Numbered from the stretch's first letter, positions 36,714 through 45,438 are shown. The stretch is 64,000 nt of DNA from a bacterium (GCA_036505015.1 DASXUC010000053.1:38232-102231), one strand, 5' to 3'. Translations and numbers: made by a program. The notes: generated from the sequence alone by a model not told the origin.

Positions 36714-37790
36714 ATGGCAGAGCGGATGCAGACAAAACGGACGGCGCCATCACCCACAGCACGCAATGGGTCGGCGCGCGGCGGACGGGGATGGACGGCG
36801 CCGGCGCGCGGGGGCCCGGCTGCGGTGGTGGAACTCGAACGCGAACCCCTTGTGGCCCGGCTCGCCGAACAAGCCGAGGAGATGGCGCTGCAGTTGGAGT
36901 GCATGAAGCTGGTGGATGAGGGCCTGCCCACCGAACAAGCGTACAAGCAGTTCCTCGACGTGATGCACCGCGCGGTGCCGTTTGAGCACGGCACCCTGTA
37001 CGTCGCGGAGTGGGAGACGGGCCGTCTCGCGCCCGTGGCCGTCCGCGGCGCCCGGGTGGACATGGCCGTCCGCGCGCCGTCTGCGGCCCCCGGTCCGTCC
37101 GGCTGGATGGTCCAAGCCAGCGCGAACGTCCGCGGCAGCGGCGACGGTGTGGTCGTTGACGGGACGCGGGGGGCGCTGGCCTTTCCGCTCATCCATAACG
37201 GACTGGTCGCCGGGGTCGTGGCGCTGGCCCGCCGCAACCGATCGTTCTCGGAGGAGGAGTCGGCCCGGCTGGCCCGCCTCGCGCACCCGCTGGTCACCAC
37301 GCTGTCCCGGCTGCGCCGCGAGGCGAGATTGCGGGAGCTGGTGTTCACCGACGTGCAGACCGGATTGAGCAACCGGCATCACTTCGTGGCCCGGATCGAG
37401 GAAGAGTTGCAGCGCAACCGTACGCAGGGGGGAGACTTCGTCGTGGCCGTCCTGGAACTGGCGGACGATCCGGCGGCCGCGGAGATGTCCCACACCCGCG
37501 TAGCGCAGTCGTTCGCCCGCGTCCTGCAGCGGTCGATGCGCGGCAGCGACGTGGCCTCGCACCTGGAAGACGGCCGGTTCGGCCTGCTGCTTGTCGGCGT
37601 GGGCCGGGAACAGGCCGTGTCCATCGTCGACCGGATCACGCGCAAGGTGCTGGCCGATCCAGAACTCGCCAACGACCGCAGCGCGATCCGTCTGCGGACC
37701 GGGCTCAGCGGGACGGGGACCGGCGTGCATTCGGTGGATGAGATGCTGGACGATGCAACCGCAGCGCTGGCGACGTTTGACGCCGCATGA
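36714..37790 (+). CDS. GAF-like domain + degenerate GGDEF domain protein
   Basis: GGDEF-domain start TDVQTGLSNRHHF. The active-site position reads SDVASHLEDGRFGLLL, i.e. EDGRF instead of GG[DE]EF. Confidence 0.75.
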   Translation: MAERMQTKRTAPSPTARNGSARGGRGWTAPARGGPAAVVELEREPLVARLAEQAEEMALQLECMKLVDEGLPTEQAYKQFLDVMHRAVPFEHGTLYVAEWETGRLAPVAVRGARVDMAVRAPSAAPGPSGWMVQASANVRGSGDGVVVDGTRGALAFPLIHNGLVAGVVALARRNRSFSEEESARLARLAHPLVTTLSRLRREARLRELVFTDVQTGLSNRHHFVARIEEELQRNRTQGGDFVVAVLELADDPAAAEMSHTRVAQSFARVLQRSMRGSDVASHLEDGRFGLLLVGVGREQAVSIVDRITRKVLADPELANDRSAIRLRTGLSGTGTGVHSVDEMLDDATAALATFDAA

Positions 37791-37827
37791 CGACACACAG
37801 ACATCGATGCTCAGAGGAGGAACGGAC

Positions 37828-38319
37828 ATGGAATCGTTGAGTGGTGCACTGCGCACGATGAAGACGCGATCGCTGGCCGAATCGGCGTTCGTAGCGTCAT
37901 CCGACGGGCTGGTGCTCGACGCGATCAGCGACGACGGGGTGGCGGTGGACTCCATCGCCGCGTACGCGGCCGGCAGCGTGTCGGTGGCGGAACGGATGGG
38001 CGAGGACGCCGAGCTCGGCGCCCCGCAGTCGGTCATCCACCTCTACGGCAACAAGACGCTGATGATCGCCCCGGTGGGCCCGGCCCTCCTGGTGCTCGTC
38101 GGCAACGGGCGCTCACAGCTGGGGATGATGCGCGTCCAGCTGCAGGCCGGTCTGGCAGATCTCCGCAGCGCCTTGGAGCGGGATCTGTTCGGACCCGGCG
38201 CCGAGCAGCCCGCGGCCGACGCGTCGGCGCCGGCCAGCGCCCCGGCGGCGACGAACGGTCACACGACCCCGGCGCGTCCCAACCTGGACGCGATTCTCGA
38301 AGCGGCGGTGGCCCGCTAA
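37828..38319 (+). CDS. Roadblock/LC7 (MglB-like) domain protein with Ala/Pro-rich tail
   Basis: ATG 37828 preceded by GAGGAGG. SAFVASSDGLVLDAI...IHLYGNKTLMIAPVGPALLVLVG is the Robl/LC7 pattern. Confidence 0.7.
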   Translation: MESLSGALRTMKTRSLAESAFVASSDGLVLDAISDDGVAVDSIAAYAAGSVSVAERMGEDAELGAPQSVIHLYGNKTLMIAPVGPALLVLVGNGRSQLGMMRVQLQAGLADLRSALERDLFGPGAEQPAADASAPASAPAATNGHTTPARPNLDAILEAAVAR

Positions 38320-38334
38320 GGCACGGAAGTTGCT
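38319..38334 (+). promoter_or_regulatory. Sigma-54 (-24/-12) promoter for secreted protein A
   Basis: AGGCACggaagTTGCT, 127 nt upstream of GTG 38462. Confidence 0.7.
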
Positions 38335-38461
38335 CGCGGAATGAACAAAATACGGCGCAGAATGTACTTGCCAATGGTCCCGCGCGTCGATAGCATGATG
38401 GTGTTGCAGCCGCAGTGCACGGTCCGCGGCCGCAGCACTATCTCGACGGGCGGGACGTGGC

Positions 38462-38893
38462 GTGTTCGCCTACACAGCGCGGCACGGGAATCGGATCTGG
38501 CGCTTCGCCACAGCAATCCTCGCGGGATTGGCCGTGCTCGCCGCGCTGCAGATGCCAGTGCGCGCGCAGTCCTCTGCTTCCGTGATCTCCATCTCCGTGC
38601 CGGTCGCCCAGGTGCTCGACGGCGCAACCGTCAGCGCCGTGCCTGCGGGAACCCTTGTCAGTGGGCAGCTGACCGTGAAGAGCAACGTGCCGTGGATGCT
38701 GGTGGTCAACGTCGACACCGGCGAGCCCGCGCTGGTCACCTGGTCGCCTGAGGCCCTCTGGCAGCCACTTCCCGCACACGGCGTGGTCCTGCAAGGTCCC
38801 AAGGGCATTCATCACCTGATCTACCGCCTGCGCGCGGCGCCCGCCGCGAAGCTGCAGACGATCGTCCGCTTCTCGCTCTCGCCCTCCCCGTAA
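38462..38893 (+). CDS. Secreted small beta-sandwich-like protein A (putative fibre/pilin-like subunit)
   Basis: Signal peptide ...LAALQMPVRAQS. Motif LTVKSNVPWMLVVNV is shared with protein B. The C-terminal strand is TIVRFSLSPSP. Confidence 0.55.
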   Translation: MFAYTARHGNRIWRFATAILAGLAVLAALQMPVRAQSSASVISISVPVAQVLDGATVSAVPAGTLVSGQLTVKSNVPWMLVVNVDTGEPALVTWSPEALWQPLPAHGVVLQGPKGIHHLIYRLRAAPAAKLQTIVRFSLSPSP

Positions 38894-38971
38894 GACCAGC
38901 GGTTGACTTTTTTTCGTCCTGATGTCCTAGGACGTATTTCCTATTCCCGGCGGGCCGCCGCCCGGGTCCGG

Positions 38972-38987
38972 TGGCACCGAAGTTGCT
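38972..38987 (+). promoter_or_regulatory. Sigma-54 (-24/-12) promoter for protein B / chaperone-like / usher-like operon
   Basis: TGGCACcgaagTTGCT (perfect consensus), 66 nt upstream of ATG 39054. Confidence 0.85.
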
Positions 38988-39053
38988 CATCTGGTATTCC
39001 GGGAGCAGATTGATGCTCAGATACGACATCACCGGAATTCAGGAGGGCTACAG

Positions 39054-39554
39054 ATGAGCACGTATCTCGGGTTCGCGCGCATCGCTATCATCGCCGTACT
39101 GCTGGTAAGTCTCGCCGCCGGAGCCGGATTCGGTGCCGCTGGTGGGTCACAGAGCGTGACCACCGCGGCGGCGGCAGGCATCGACATTACCGTATCGGGA
39201 TCCGCGTCGATTGCTTCGACCGCGCCGGGGGCCTGCGGCACGAGCGGCACGACCGTCAACGTCAAGAGCAACAAGGCGTGGAACCTGCAGGTCCGTTCAG
39301 ATCCGTCGAGTTATTCGAACGGAAAGGCGAAGAACGGGACCACGGAGATGACCGACGCCTTCCAGTACAAGGGCGGCGACGTCTCCTCGTACACGGCGAT
39401 CACGGCATCGTACGGGAACCTCTACAGCTCAAACCAGGTCAAGACCACAGGTTCAGGCGTGGACGTGAGCGTTAACTATCAGCAGTGCGTGGAGTATGAG
39501 GACTCGCCGGGCAACTACACGATCGTCGTTGAGTACCTCGGCGTCCAGCCGTAG
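39054..39554 (+). CDS. Secreted small beta-sandwich-like protein B (putative fibre/pilin-like subunit)
   Basis: RBS AGGAGGG and a signal peptide. Carries the VNVKSNKAWNLQVRS motif. The C-terminal PGNYTIVVEYLGVQP is reminiscent of the terminal strand of CU pilins, SCPU and WxL-type domains. Confidence 0.6.
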   Translation: MSTYLGFARIAIIAVLLVSLAAGAGFGAAGGSQSVTTAAAAGIDITVSGSASIASTAPGACGTSGTTVNVKSNKAWNLQVRSDPSSYSNGKAKNGTTEMTDAFQYKGGDVSSYTAITASYGNLYSSNQVKTTGSGVDVSVNYQQCVEYEDSPGNYTIVVEYLGVQP

Positions 39555-39566
39555 CGGTCCACGGAT

Positions 39567-40397
39567 GTGACGGGGGCGCGGGTCCAGACGATGCGGGCTA
39601 GAGTGCGGGGGATCACGCTGGCCTGCGCCCTCTTCCTCTTCACGGCGGCGCTGCCGCTGCACGCCGACACCCTGCGGTTCGGGCTCACGCCCCCGGACGT
39701 CGAATTGGTCCCCGCTCCGGGCGGCACCGCCAGCGGCACCCTGGTCGTCTACAATCGTTCCACCCGAGCGCTGCACTTCCGCGTGGTGACCCAGGATATG
39801 TTCATCCGTCCCAGCGGGGTGATGGAAGTCCTGAAGCCCGCCAGCACGGCATGGTCGGTGGCGGCGGCGACCCGTCTGGCGCCGGCGGAGTTCGATCTCG
39901 ATCCCAATCAGCAGATGGCGGTGCGGGTGGTCGTCACCGCTCCCCGCGACGCGCGGGGCGGTTTGTACGGCGCGATCGTCGTCTCGCCGACGCCCATGCT
40001 GCAGTCGAACGGCCCGCGCGGCACGTTCGCGGTCGTCGCCCCGAAGCTGGCGGCGCGGCTGCTCGTGCCCATTGACGGCACGACGGCGCTGCAAGGCGCG
40101 ATCGTCAACATGCTTGCGGCCGCCGTTCCCGGAAAGGGCGTCGACGTCAAAGTCGCCTTCCGCAACAGCGGCAACGTGCACGTGCGTGCCGACGGCGTGA
40201 TCACGCTGCTCCGCAACGGCGACGTGGTGGCCAGGGCTCCGATGGAAGAGTCGCTGGTGCTGCCGGGCACCGTACGGGAGTTCCGGCTGCTCCTGCCCAC
40301 CGGCCGTCTGGCCCCCGGCTCGTACACCGTCCGGGCTGTGATGGACTTCGGCGGCGACGTCATGGTCGCCGGGGAAGTTCTGTTCGTCTCCCGGTGA
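39567..40397 (+). CDS. Secreted two-Ig-fold protein (PapD/DUF916-like putative chaperone)
   Basis: Signal peptide (ITLACALFLFTAALPLHA). Two ~110-aa beta-rich halves (GTLVVYNRSTRALHFRV...; VKVAFRNSGNVHVRADGVI...PGSYTVRAVMDFG). The start may be ATG 39591. Confidence 0.5.
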   Translation: MTGARVQTMRARVRGITLACALFLFTAALPLHADTLRFGLTPPDVELVPAPGGTASGTLVVYNRSTRALHFRVVTQDMFIRPSGVMEVLKPASTAWSVAAATRLAPAEFDLDPNQQMAVRVVVTAPRDARGGLYGAIVVSPTPMLQSNGPRGTFAVVAPKLAARLLVPIDGTTALQGAIVNMLAAAVPGKGVDVKVAFRNSGNVHVRADGVITLLRNGDVVARAPMEESLVLPGTVREFRLLLPTGRLAPGSYTVRAVMDFGGDVMVAGEVLFVSR

Positions 40398-40412
40398 GCC
40401 CGGTCGCCTCCC

Positions 40413-42830
40413 ATGCGGCTTCTCCGTTCCGCACTCGCCGGGTGCGTCGCAGCCCTCCTGATCTGGGCCGCGCCCACGTCTGCCGCCGCCGCGTCGCCGG
40501 CGGTGCGCGTGTTTCTTGACGACGCTCAGTCCAGCGCGCTGACCGCGCTCATCCTCAACGAGGCGTTGTACTTCCCCCTGCGCGCGCTCGCCGTGTCGCT
40601 GCGGGCCACGCTGACCGTCAAGGGCGTTGAGCTGGAGGTCCGGCGCGCGGATGGCCGGGTGTTTATGGTGCGCGTGGGACGCCGGGAGATCTGGGCCGAT
40701 GCCCAGGTGATCGCGCTGGCCGAATCGCCGGTCCTGCTCGTCAATGGGATTACGATGGCGCCGCGCGGCGCCGTCGAGACGATGTTCGACGCCTTGGTCA
40801 TCTGGAACAAGGAGGAGAACACCGCGACGCTCGTGACGCAGGCCGCCTTTCATCCTGCCGAACCGGTCCCCGCCCCCATCCGAGCGAGCGTCAGACCCAT
40901 CGCGAAAACCGTGACGACGTTCGCGCCCGAGTTTCAGCCGGTGCGGGAGCGCCCGGTCGTGGCGTCGGGCACCGTGGGGGTCACGCTGTCTGCCAGCGGA
41001 TCTGCTCTGTCGGTCTCGTCGCATCTGGCGTTTGTGTCGCAGGGTGAGAGCGGCACGATCCGCGGTGCGTTCGGCATCGGCTCCGGCGCGAACGGGCCGG
41101 CCGGAGCCGAAGGCATCCTGACCTGGCGCCGCGGGTCCTCGCTGCTCTCGGCGGGGGTGTTGTCGATCTATGATTCTCCGCTCACGCTGTATGAGCAGGG
41201 CTTCGTGGGGCTGATGTACGATCAGCGTTTGGGCAGCATCCAGACCCGTTTCTTCGGCGGGATGCTGCCCGGCTCCGGCGGTTCGGTCTACGGGATGTCC
41301 ATCCGCCTGCCGCAGGTCGGCTCGCTGCTGGCCGAAGCCACGCTGCTGTACAGTCCGGAGGCCAACGCGACGATCGCGCGCGGCCGCGTCGACTGGCGCC
41401 TCCGCCCCGGCGTGTCGCTGTTCGGGGAGGTCGCCGTCGGCACGTCGGCGGCAGGATCGGGCCTGGGCTGGCGGTCCGGGGTGGAGTACGCCTCGGATCG
41501 ATGGACGATCTCACTCAGCTACCTGTCGCTGGGACCCCGCTTCCCGACGTTGGGCAACGCCGCCGTGTTTGCCGGACGCCATGGGCCTGTCATTGAGCTG
41601 GCCTACCATCCGAACTCGCGCTGGCTCGTGCTGGCGAGCGCCGCCCTGCTGGCGGGGGAGCCGGGCATCCCGAGCCGGCTGGCCTACCGCGTCTTCCTGC
41701 AGTATCAAATCTCTGCGTCGCTCGCGGTGGTGGGGGAAGCCCGCAGCACCGACGAGCCGGTGAACGGCGTGCGCGTGCGCCGCGATTCGGCGCAGGTTTC
41801 ACTGCTGTACACGTCGGGCCGCTGGAACGCCGCGCTGACCGCGGGGAAGGGGCTGGATGAGCAGGCCGGGCGGACCACCGCCAACAGCGCATCGGTCTCG
41901 CTGCGCGCGGGGTACGTTCTCTCCAACGGGTGGCCGGTGTGGGGCGAAGCGAGCGCGCTGATCGGCGATACCCGCGGGTGGGTGCTGAGCGCCGGGACGA
42001 GGTTCAAGGTGAATTCGCGGTTCGACCTGACCGCGCAGCTGCGCAGTAAGACGATCGTCTGGCCGAGTCCGTCGGCAGAACGGGCCGTCGAGCTGGGCAT
42101 CGTGCATCCGCTGGCGTCCGGTGGGCAACTCAGCGTGGGCGCGGGCGTCAAACTGACCTCCTCGTCTGCAGCCGCGCCGTATCTGACCATCGGCTACACG
42201 CGACCGTTCACCGTCTTTGGGCCGCTGCGCGTGGGCCAGGTGGCCGCCGACGTCTTCATCGATTCCAACGGCAACGGGCGGCGCGATCCCGGCGAGCCGG
42301 GCGTGGCCGGCGTGGTCATCCGCCTCGATGCGCGCAGCGCAGCGCGCACCGACGCCGCGGGGCATTCGACGGTGGAGGGCGTGCGCGAGGGAGAGTACGG
42401 GGTGTCGGTGGATGAAAATACGGTCCCCGTCGGACTCGTTGCCCAGCAGCCCGAGACGCGCGTACGGATTACCGCCGACGGCCGCACCACCATCAGCTTT
42501 GGGCTGATCCCCGCCGCCGCGCTGCGGTGTGTCGTGTATCTGGACGAGAATGGCAACGGCGTGCGCGAGAAGACTGAGCACGGGATCTCCGACGTGTCAG
42601 TGCTGCTACAGCCACTGGGTCGGCGCATCATCTCAGATGCCGATGGGGTGCTGGTGTTCGGAGACCTGCGGTCTGGGGCCTACACGGCGGTGATCGATGC
42701 CAGCGTGCTGCCGGCGGGGCTCAAGATGGGAGGTCCGGGAACCTTCACGACGACGCTGGCGGCCGGCGGATCGGCGTCGTGTGAGCTGCCGGTGCTCAAC
42801 GCGAAGCCCATCGTGGTCACCTTCCCCTAA
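40413..42830 (+). CDS. 805-aa secreted protein: copper-amine-oxidase-N-like domain + beta-barrel-like core + two SdrD-B/CnaB-like domains (putative usher-like platform)
   Basis: Signal peptide. LNEALYFPLRALAVSLRATL...LLVNGITMAPRGAVETMFDALVIW is the Cu_amine_oxidN1 pattern. A ~450-aa region of alternating amphipathic strands follows (ISLSYLSLGPRF, VFLQYQISASLAVVGEARS, VSLLYTSGRWNAALTAG, GWVLSAGTRFKVNSRFDLTAQLRS). The C-terminal repeats read DSNGNGRRDPGEPGVAGVVIRLD and DENGNGVREKTEHGISDVSVLL. Confidence 0.6.
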   Translation: MRLLRSALAGCVAALLIWAAPTSAAAASPAVRVFLDDAQSSALTALILNEALYFPLRALAVSLRATLTVKGVELEVRRADGRVFMVRVGRREIWADAQVIALAESPVLLVNGITMAPRGAVETMFDALVIWNKEENTATLVTQAAFHPAEPVPAPIRASVRPIAKTVTTFAPEFQPVRERPVVASGTVGVTLSASGSALSVSSHLAFVSQGESGTIRGAFGIGSGANGPAGAEGILTWRRGSSLLSAGVLSIYDSPLTLYEQGFVGLMYDQRLGSIQTRFFGGMLPGSGGSVYGMSIRLPQVGSLLAEATLLYSPEANATIARGRVDWRLRPGVSLFGEVAVGTSAAGSGLGWRSGVEYASDRWTISLSYLSLGPRFPTLGNAAVFAGRHGPVIELAYHPNSRWLVLASAALLAGEPGIPSRLAYRVFLQYQISASLAVVGEARSTDEPVNGVRVRRDSAQVSLLYTSGRWNAALTAGKGLDEQAGRTTANSASVSLRAGYVLSNGWPVWGEASALIGDTRGWVLSAGTRFKVNSRFDLTAQLRSKTIVWPSPSAERAVELGIVHPLASGGQLSVGAGVKLTSSSAAAPYLTIGYTRPFTVFGPLRVGQVAADVFIDSNGNGRRDPGEPGVAGVVIRLDARSAARTDAAGHSTVEGVREGEYGVSVDENTVPVGLVAQQPETRVRITADGRTTISFGLIPAAALRCVVYLDENGNGVREKTEHGISDVSVLLQPLGRRIISDADGVLVFGDLRSGAYTAVIDASVLPAGLKMGGPGTFTTTLAAGGSASCELPVLNAKPIVVTFP

Positions 42831-42835
42831 CGGAT

Positions 42836-42927
42836 GATCAGGCGATAAAAGGCGATAGAGGCGATCACGGCGAATACACGGCACTGCCGTTCTCGCTCGT
42901 ATCGCTCGTATCGCGGTCTCGCTGATT
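42836..42927. repeat. Long imperfect hairpin built of tandem GGCGATA-type 8-10-mers and complements
   Basis: GATCAGGCGATAAAAGGCGATAGAGGCGATCACGGCGAATACACGGC - act - GCCGTTCTCGCTCGTATCGCTCGTATCGCGGTCTCGCTGATT. The apex stem is ACGGC/GCCGT. Confidence 0.8.
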
Positions 42928-42940
42928 TGGGGGTCCTTGG

Positions 42941-43213
42941 GTGTCCGATGACCTGATGATCGAAGTTCAGCCCACGCCGAACGTCAACGCGCTGAAGTTT
43001 ATCACCAACCGCCGTCTGACTGAAGGCCGCTCTCAGACGTTCCGCACGGTCGCGGAGGCCGCCGCATCGCCGCTCGCGGCGAAGTTGTTGCAGATTCCCG
43101 GCGTCGTGCAGGTGTTTGTGCTCAACGATTTCATCACGGTGACGCGGGATCCCGCCACACCGTGGGAGGGGATCGCCGGGCCGGTCGAAGATGCGATCCG
43201 CGCATACCTCTAG
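42941..43213 (+). CDS. Nfu/NifU N-terminal-domain-like small protein
   Basis: GTG start. IEVQPTPNVNALKFITNRRL...PGVVQVFVLNDFITVTRD pattern of Nfu_N scaffolds. Confidence 0.55.
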   Translation: MSDDLMIEVQPTPNVNALKFITNRRLTEGRSQTFRTVAEAAASPLAAKLLQIPGVVQVFVLNDFITVTRDPATPWEGIAGPVEDAIRAYL

Positions 43214-44439
43214 GTCACGAGCAACCCCGGGTTCTCCAGCAGCCGCTTGACTTCTCCCAGGAATCGTGCCACCTCGGCGCCGTCGGTGATACGGTGGTCG
43301 GCGGACATCGTGAGTTTCATGGTCGTGGCCACCGCGAGGTGACCGCCGCGCACAACAGGCCGGCCCTGGGCGCTGCCGACGGCGAGGATGGCGGCGTGCG
43401 GCGGGTTGATGATCGCGGTGAAATTGTCGACGTCGTACATCCCCAGATTACTGACCGTGAACGTCCCGCCGTCATAATCTTCACTCCGCAGGCGCCCGCT
43501 GCGGGCCCGCTCGCCCAGGGATTTGGCGGCGTCACCGATCTCGGCCAGGGTCTTGCGGTCGACATCGTGGATGACCGGGGCGATCAGTCCTTCCGGCAGC
43601 GCGATGGCGATCGCCAGGTTGATCCGCGTGTAGCGCCGGATCTGACCTCCGACCAGCGCGCTGTTCAGGTTCGGGAACGTTCGCAGGGCAACGGCGGTGG
43701 CGCGCAGGACGATGTCGTTGACGGAGAGTTTGCGCGTGTCGCCCAGGGCCGCATTCAGTTGCTGGCGCACCCGCATGGCCTCGTCCATCGTCACGTCGAC
43801 CGTGACGTAGAAGTGCGGTGCCTGCTGCGTGCTCTCCAGCATGCGTTTGCCGATCGTCTGGCGGATCTTGGTGAGAGGCTGCTCTTCGTACTCCCGCTCA
43901 GGCCCGGTCCGGGCCGCCGCGGGTGGCGCGGCCGTCTTCGCCGCCGCCGCTTCCACGTCTTCCTTTGTAATGCGGCCGTCGGGACCGGTCCCGCGGATCG
44001 TCGAAAGGTCGATCCCGGCCTCGCTCGCCAGCCTGCGCGCGACGGGCGATGCTTTGACGCGCTCGTCGGCCGTCATCGGCACCGCTGGGGCGGTCTTTCG
44101 AGGACGCTCGGGGCCTGCGGCCGCCGGCTGCGGCTCCGCTGTGGCCCCGCGACTGCGCTCGGGGCCTGCGGCCGGCTGGACCGTGGCGCGAGGTTCCACC
44201 GTCTGACCCGGCTCGCCGATCAGCGCGATCGTGCTCCCTACCGCAGCGGTCTCCCCTTCGCCGACCACGATGTCCAGCAGCACGCCCTCGTCTTCAGCTT
44301 CCAGGTCCACGTTGACCTTGTCGGTCTCGATCTCTGCGATCGGCTCGCCCTTGCTGATGGAGTCGCCGGGGCGCTTCATCCACCGCAGCACCTTGCCTTC
44401 GGTCATCGCGTCGCCCATTTTGGGCATGATCACGTCCAC
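43210..44439 (-). CDS. 2-oxoacid dehydrogenase E2 (dihydrolipoamide acyltransferase)
   Basis: Lipoyl domain ([22 protein letters not shown]), Pro/Ala linkers, E3-binding segment, catalytic SADHRITDG. Confidence 0.9.
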   Translation of the reverse strand: MDVIMPKMGDAMTEGKVLRWMKRPGDSISKGEPIAEIETDKVNVDLEAEDEGVLLDIVVGEGETAAVGSTIALIGEPGQTVEPRATVQPAAGPERSRGATAEPQPAAAGPERPRKTAPAVPMTADERVKASPVARRLASEAGIDLSTIRGTGPDGRITKEDVEAAAAKTAAPPAAARTGPEREYEEQPLTKIRQTIGKRMLESTQQAPHFYVTVDVTMDEAMRVRQQLNAALGDTRKLSVNDIVLRATAVALRTFPNLNSALVGGQIRRYTRINLAIAIALPEGLIAPVIHDVDRKTLAEIGDAAKSLGERARSGRLRSEDYDGGTFTVSNLGMYDVDNFTAIINPPHAAILAVGSAQGRPVVRGGHLAVATTMKLTMSADHRITDGAEVARFLGEVKRLLENPGLLVT

Positions 44440-44454
44440 GGAACCACCCGCATT

Positions 44455-45435
44455 TTAGTCCTTATACAGCGTCTTCCGCACGGCCTGGACGATATCGGTT
44501 TCGTGTGGGGTGGCGAGCAGTTCCAGGTTGCGCGCGTAGGGCATCGGGGCGTCGGCGCCGGTGACCCGCACGACGGGCGCATCGAGCTGGTCAAAGGCCT
44601 CTTCATAGATGACCGCGGCGATTTCCGCGCCGGCGCCGAACAGTTTCCATTGTTCCTGCACGACGACCGCGCGGTGAGTCTTGGCCACTGAGGCGACGAT
44701 CGTGGCGGTATCCAGCGGCCGCAGGCTGCGCAGGCTGATGACCTCCGCGTCGATACCCTCGGCGGCAAGTTGGTTGGCGGCCGCCAGCGCCAGCAGCAGC
44801 ATCCGGCTGTAGGCGATAATCGTGACGTCAGAACCCGGCCGCGCCACCTCCGCGCGGCCGAACGGGAGCGCGTAGTCGCCGTCGGGCACGTCGCCTTTTG
44901 CTCCGTAGAGCGCGGCATTTTCGAGGAAGATGACCGGGTCCCGGCCGCGGACGGCCGTGCGGAGCAGCCCCTTCGCTTCCGCGGGGGTTGCCGGCGCCAC
45001 GACGACCAACCCCGGAAAGTGCGCGTAGGTGGCCTCCAGACTCTGTGAGTGCTGCGCGGAGAGCTGCACGCCCGCGCCGTTGGGCCCGCGGATCACCATC
45101 GGCACCTCGACCTGCCCGCCGGAGAAATAGCGCAGCTTCGCCGCATTCTGGACGATCTGGTCCATGGCCAGCAGCGAGAAGTTCCAGGTCATCACCTCGA
45201 CCACCGGCCGCAGGCCCAGCATCGCCATCCCCACCGCGGCGCCGACGAACCCGAGTTCGGAAATCGGTGTGTCGATCACCCGCCGCGAGCCAAACCGTTC
45301 GTACAATCCCGCGGTGACGCGGAAGGTCCCCTCGTAAATGCCGATGTCCTCGCCCAGCAGCAGCACCGATGCGTCGCGGTCCATCTCCTCGACCAGCGTG
45401 GACCGCAGGGCGTCGCGGTAGGTCATCTCAGGCAT
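44455..45435 (-). CDS. 2-oxoacid dehydrogenase E1 beta subunit
   Basis: MTYRDALRSTLVEEMDRDASVLLLGEDIG...DTPISE pattern. Confidence 0.9.
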   Translation of the reverse strand: MPEMTYRDALRSTLVEEMDRDASVLLLGEDIGIYEGTFRVTAGLYERFGSRRVIDTPISELGFVGAAVGMAMLGLRPVVEVMTWNFSLLAMDQIVQNAAKLRYFSGGQVEVPMVIRGPNGAGVQLSAQHSQSLEATYAHFPGLVVVAPATPAEAKGLLRTAVRGRDPVIFLENAALYGAKGDVPDGDYALPFGRAEVARPGSDVTIIAYSRMLLLALAAANQLAAEGIDAEVISLRSLRPLDTATIVASVAKTHRAVVVQEQWKLFGAGAEIAAVIYEEAFDQLDAPVVRVTGADAPMPYARNLELLATPHETDIVQAVRKTLYKD

Positions 45436-45438
45436 GGG

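Noticed and set aside
38341-38751. 136-aa ORF starting in the leader after the 38319 sigma-54 promoter
   Set aside because: It has no RBS and an Arg-rich product, and it overlaps in another frame the 38462 ORF, which has a signal peptide and a motif shared with its paralog.
39453-41024. 523-aa minus-strand ORF
   Set aside because: It is antisense to the chaperone-like and usher-like genes, both of which have signal peptides and RBSs. Arg/Gly/His-rich shadow ORF.
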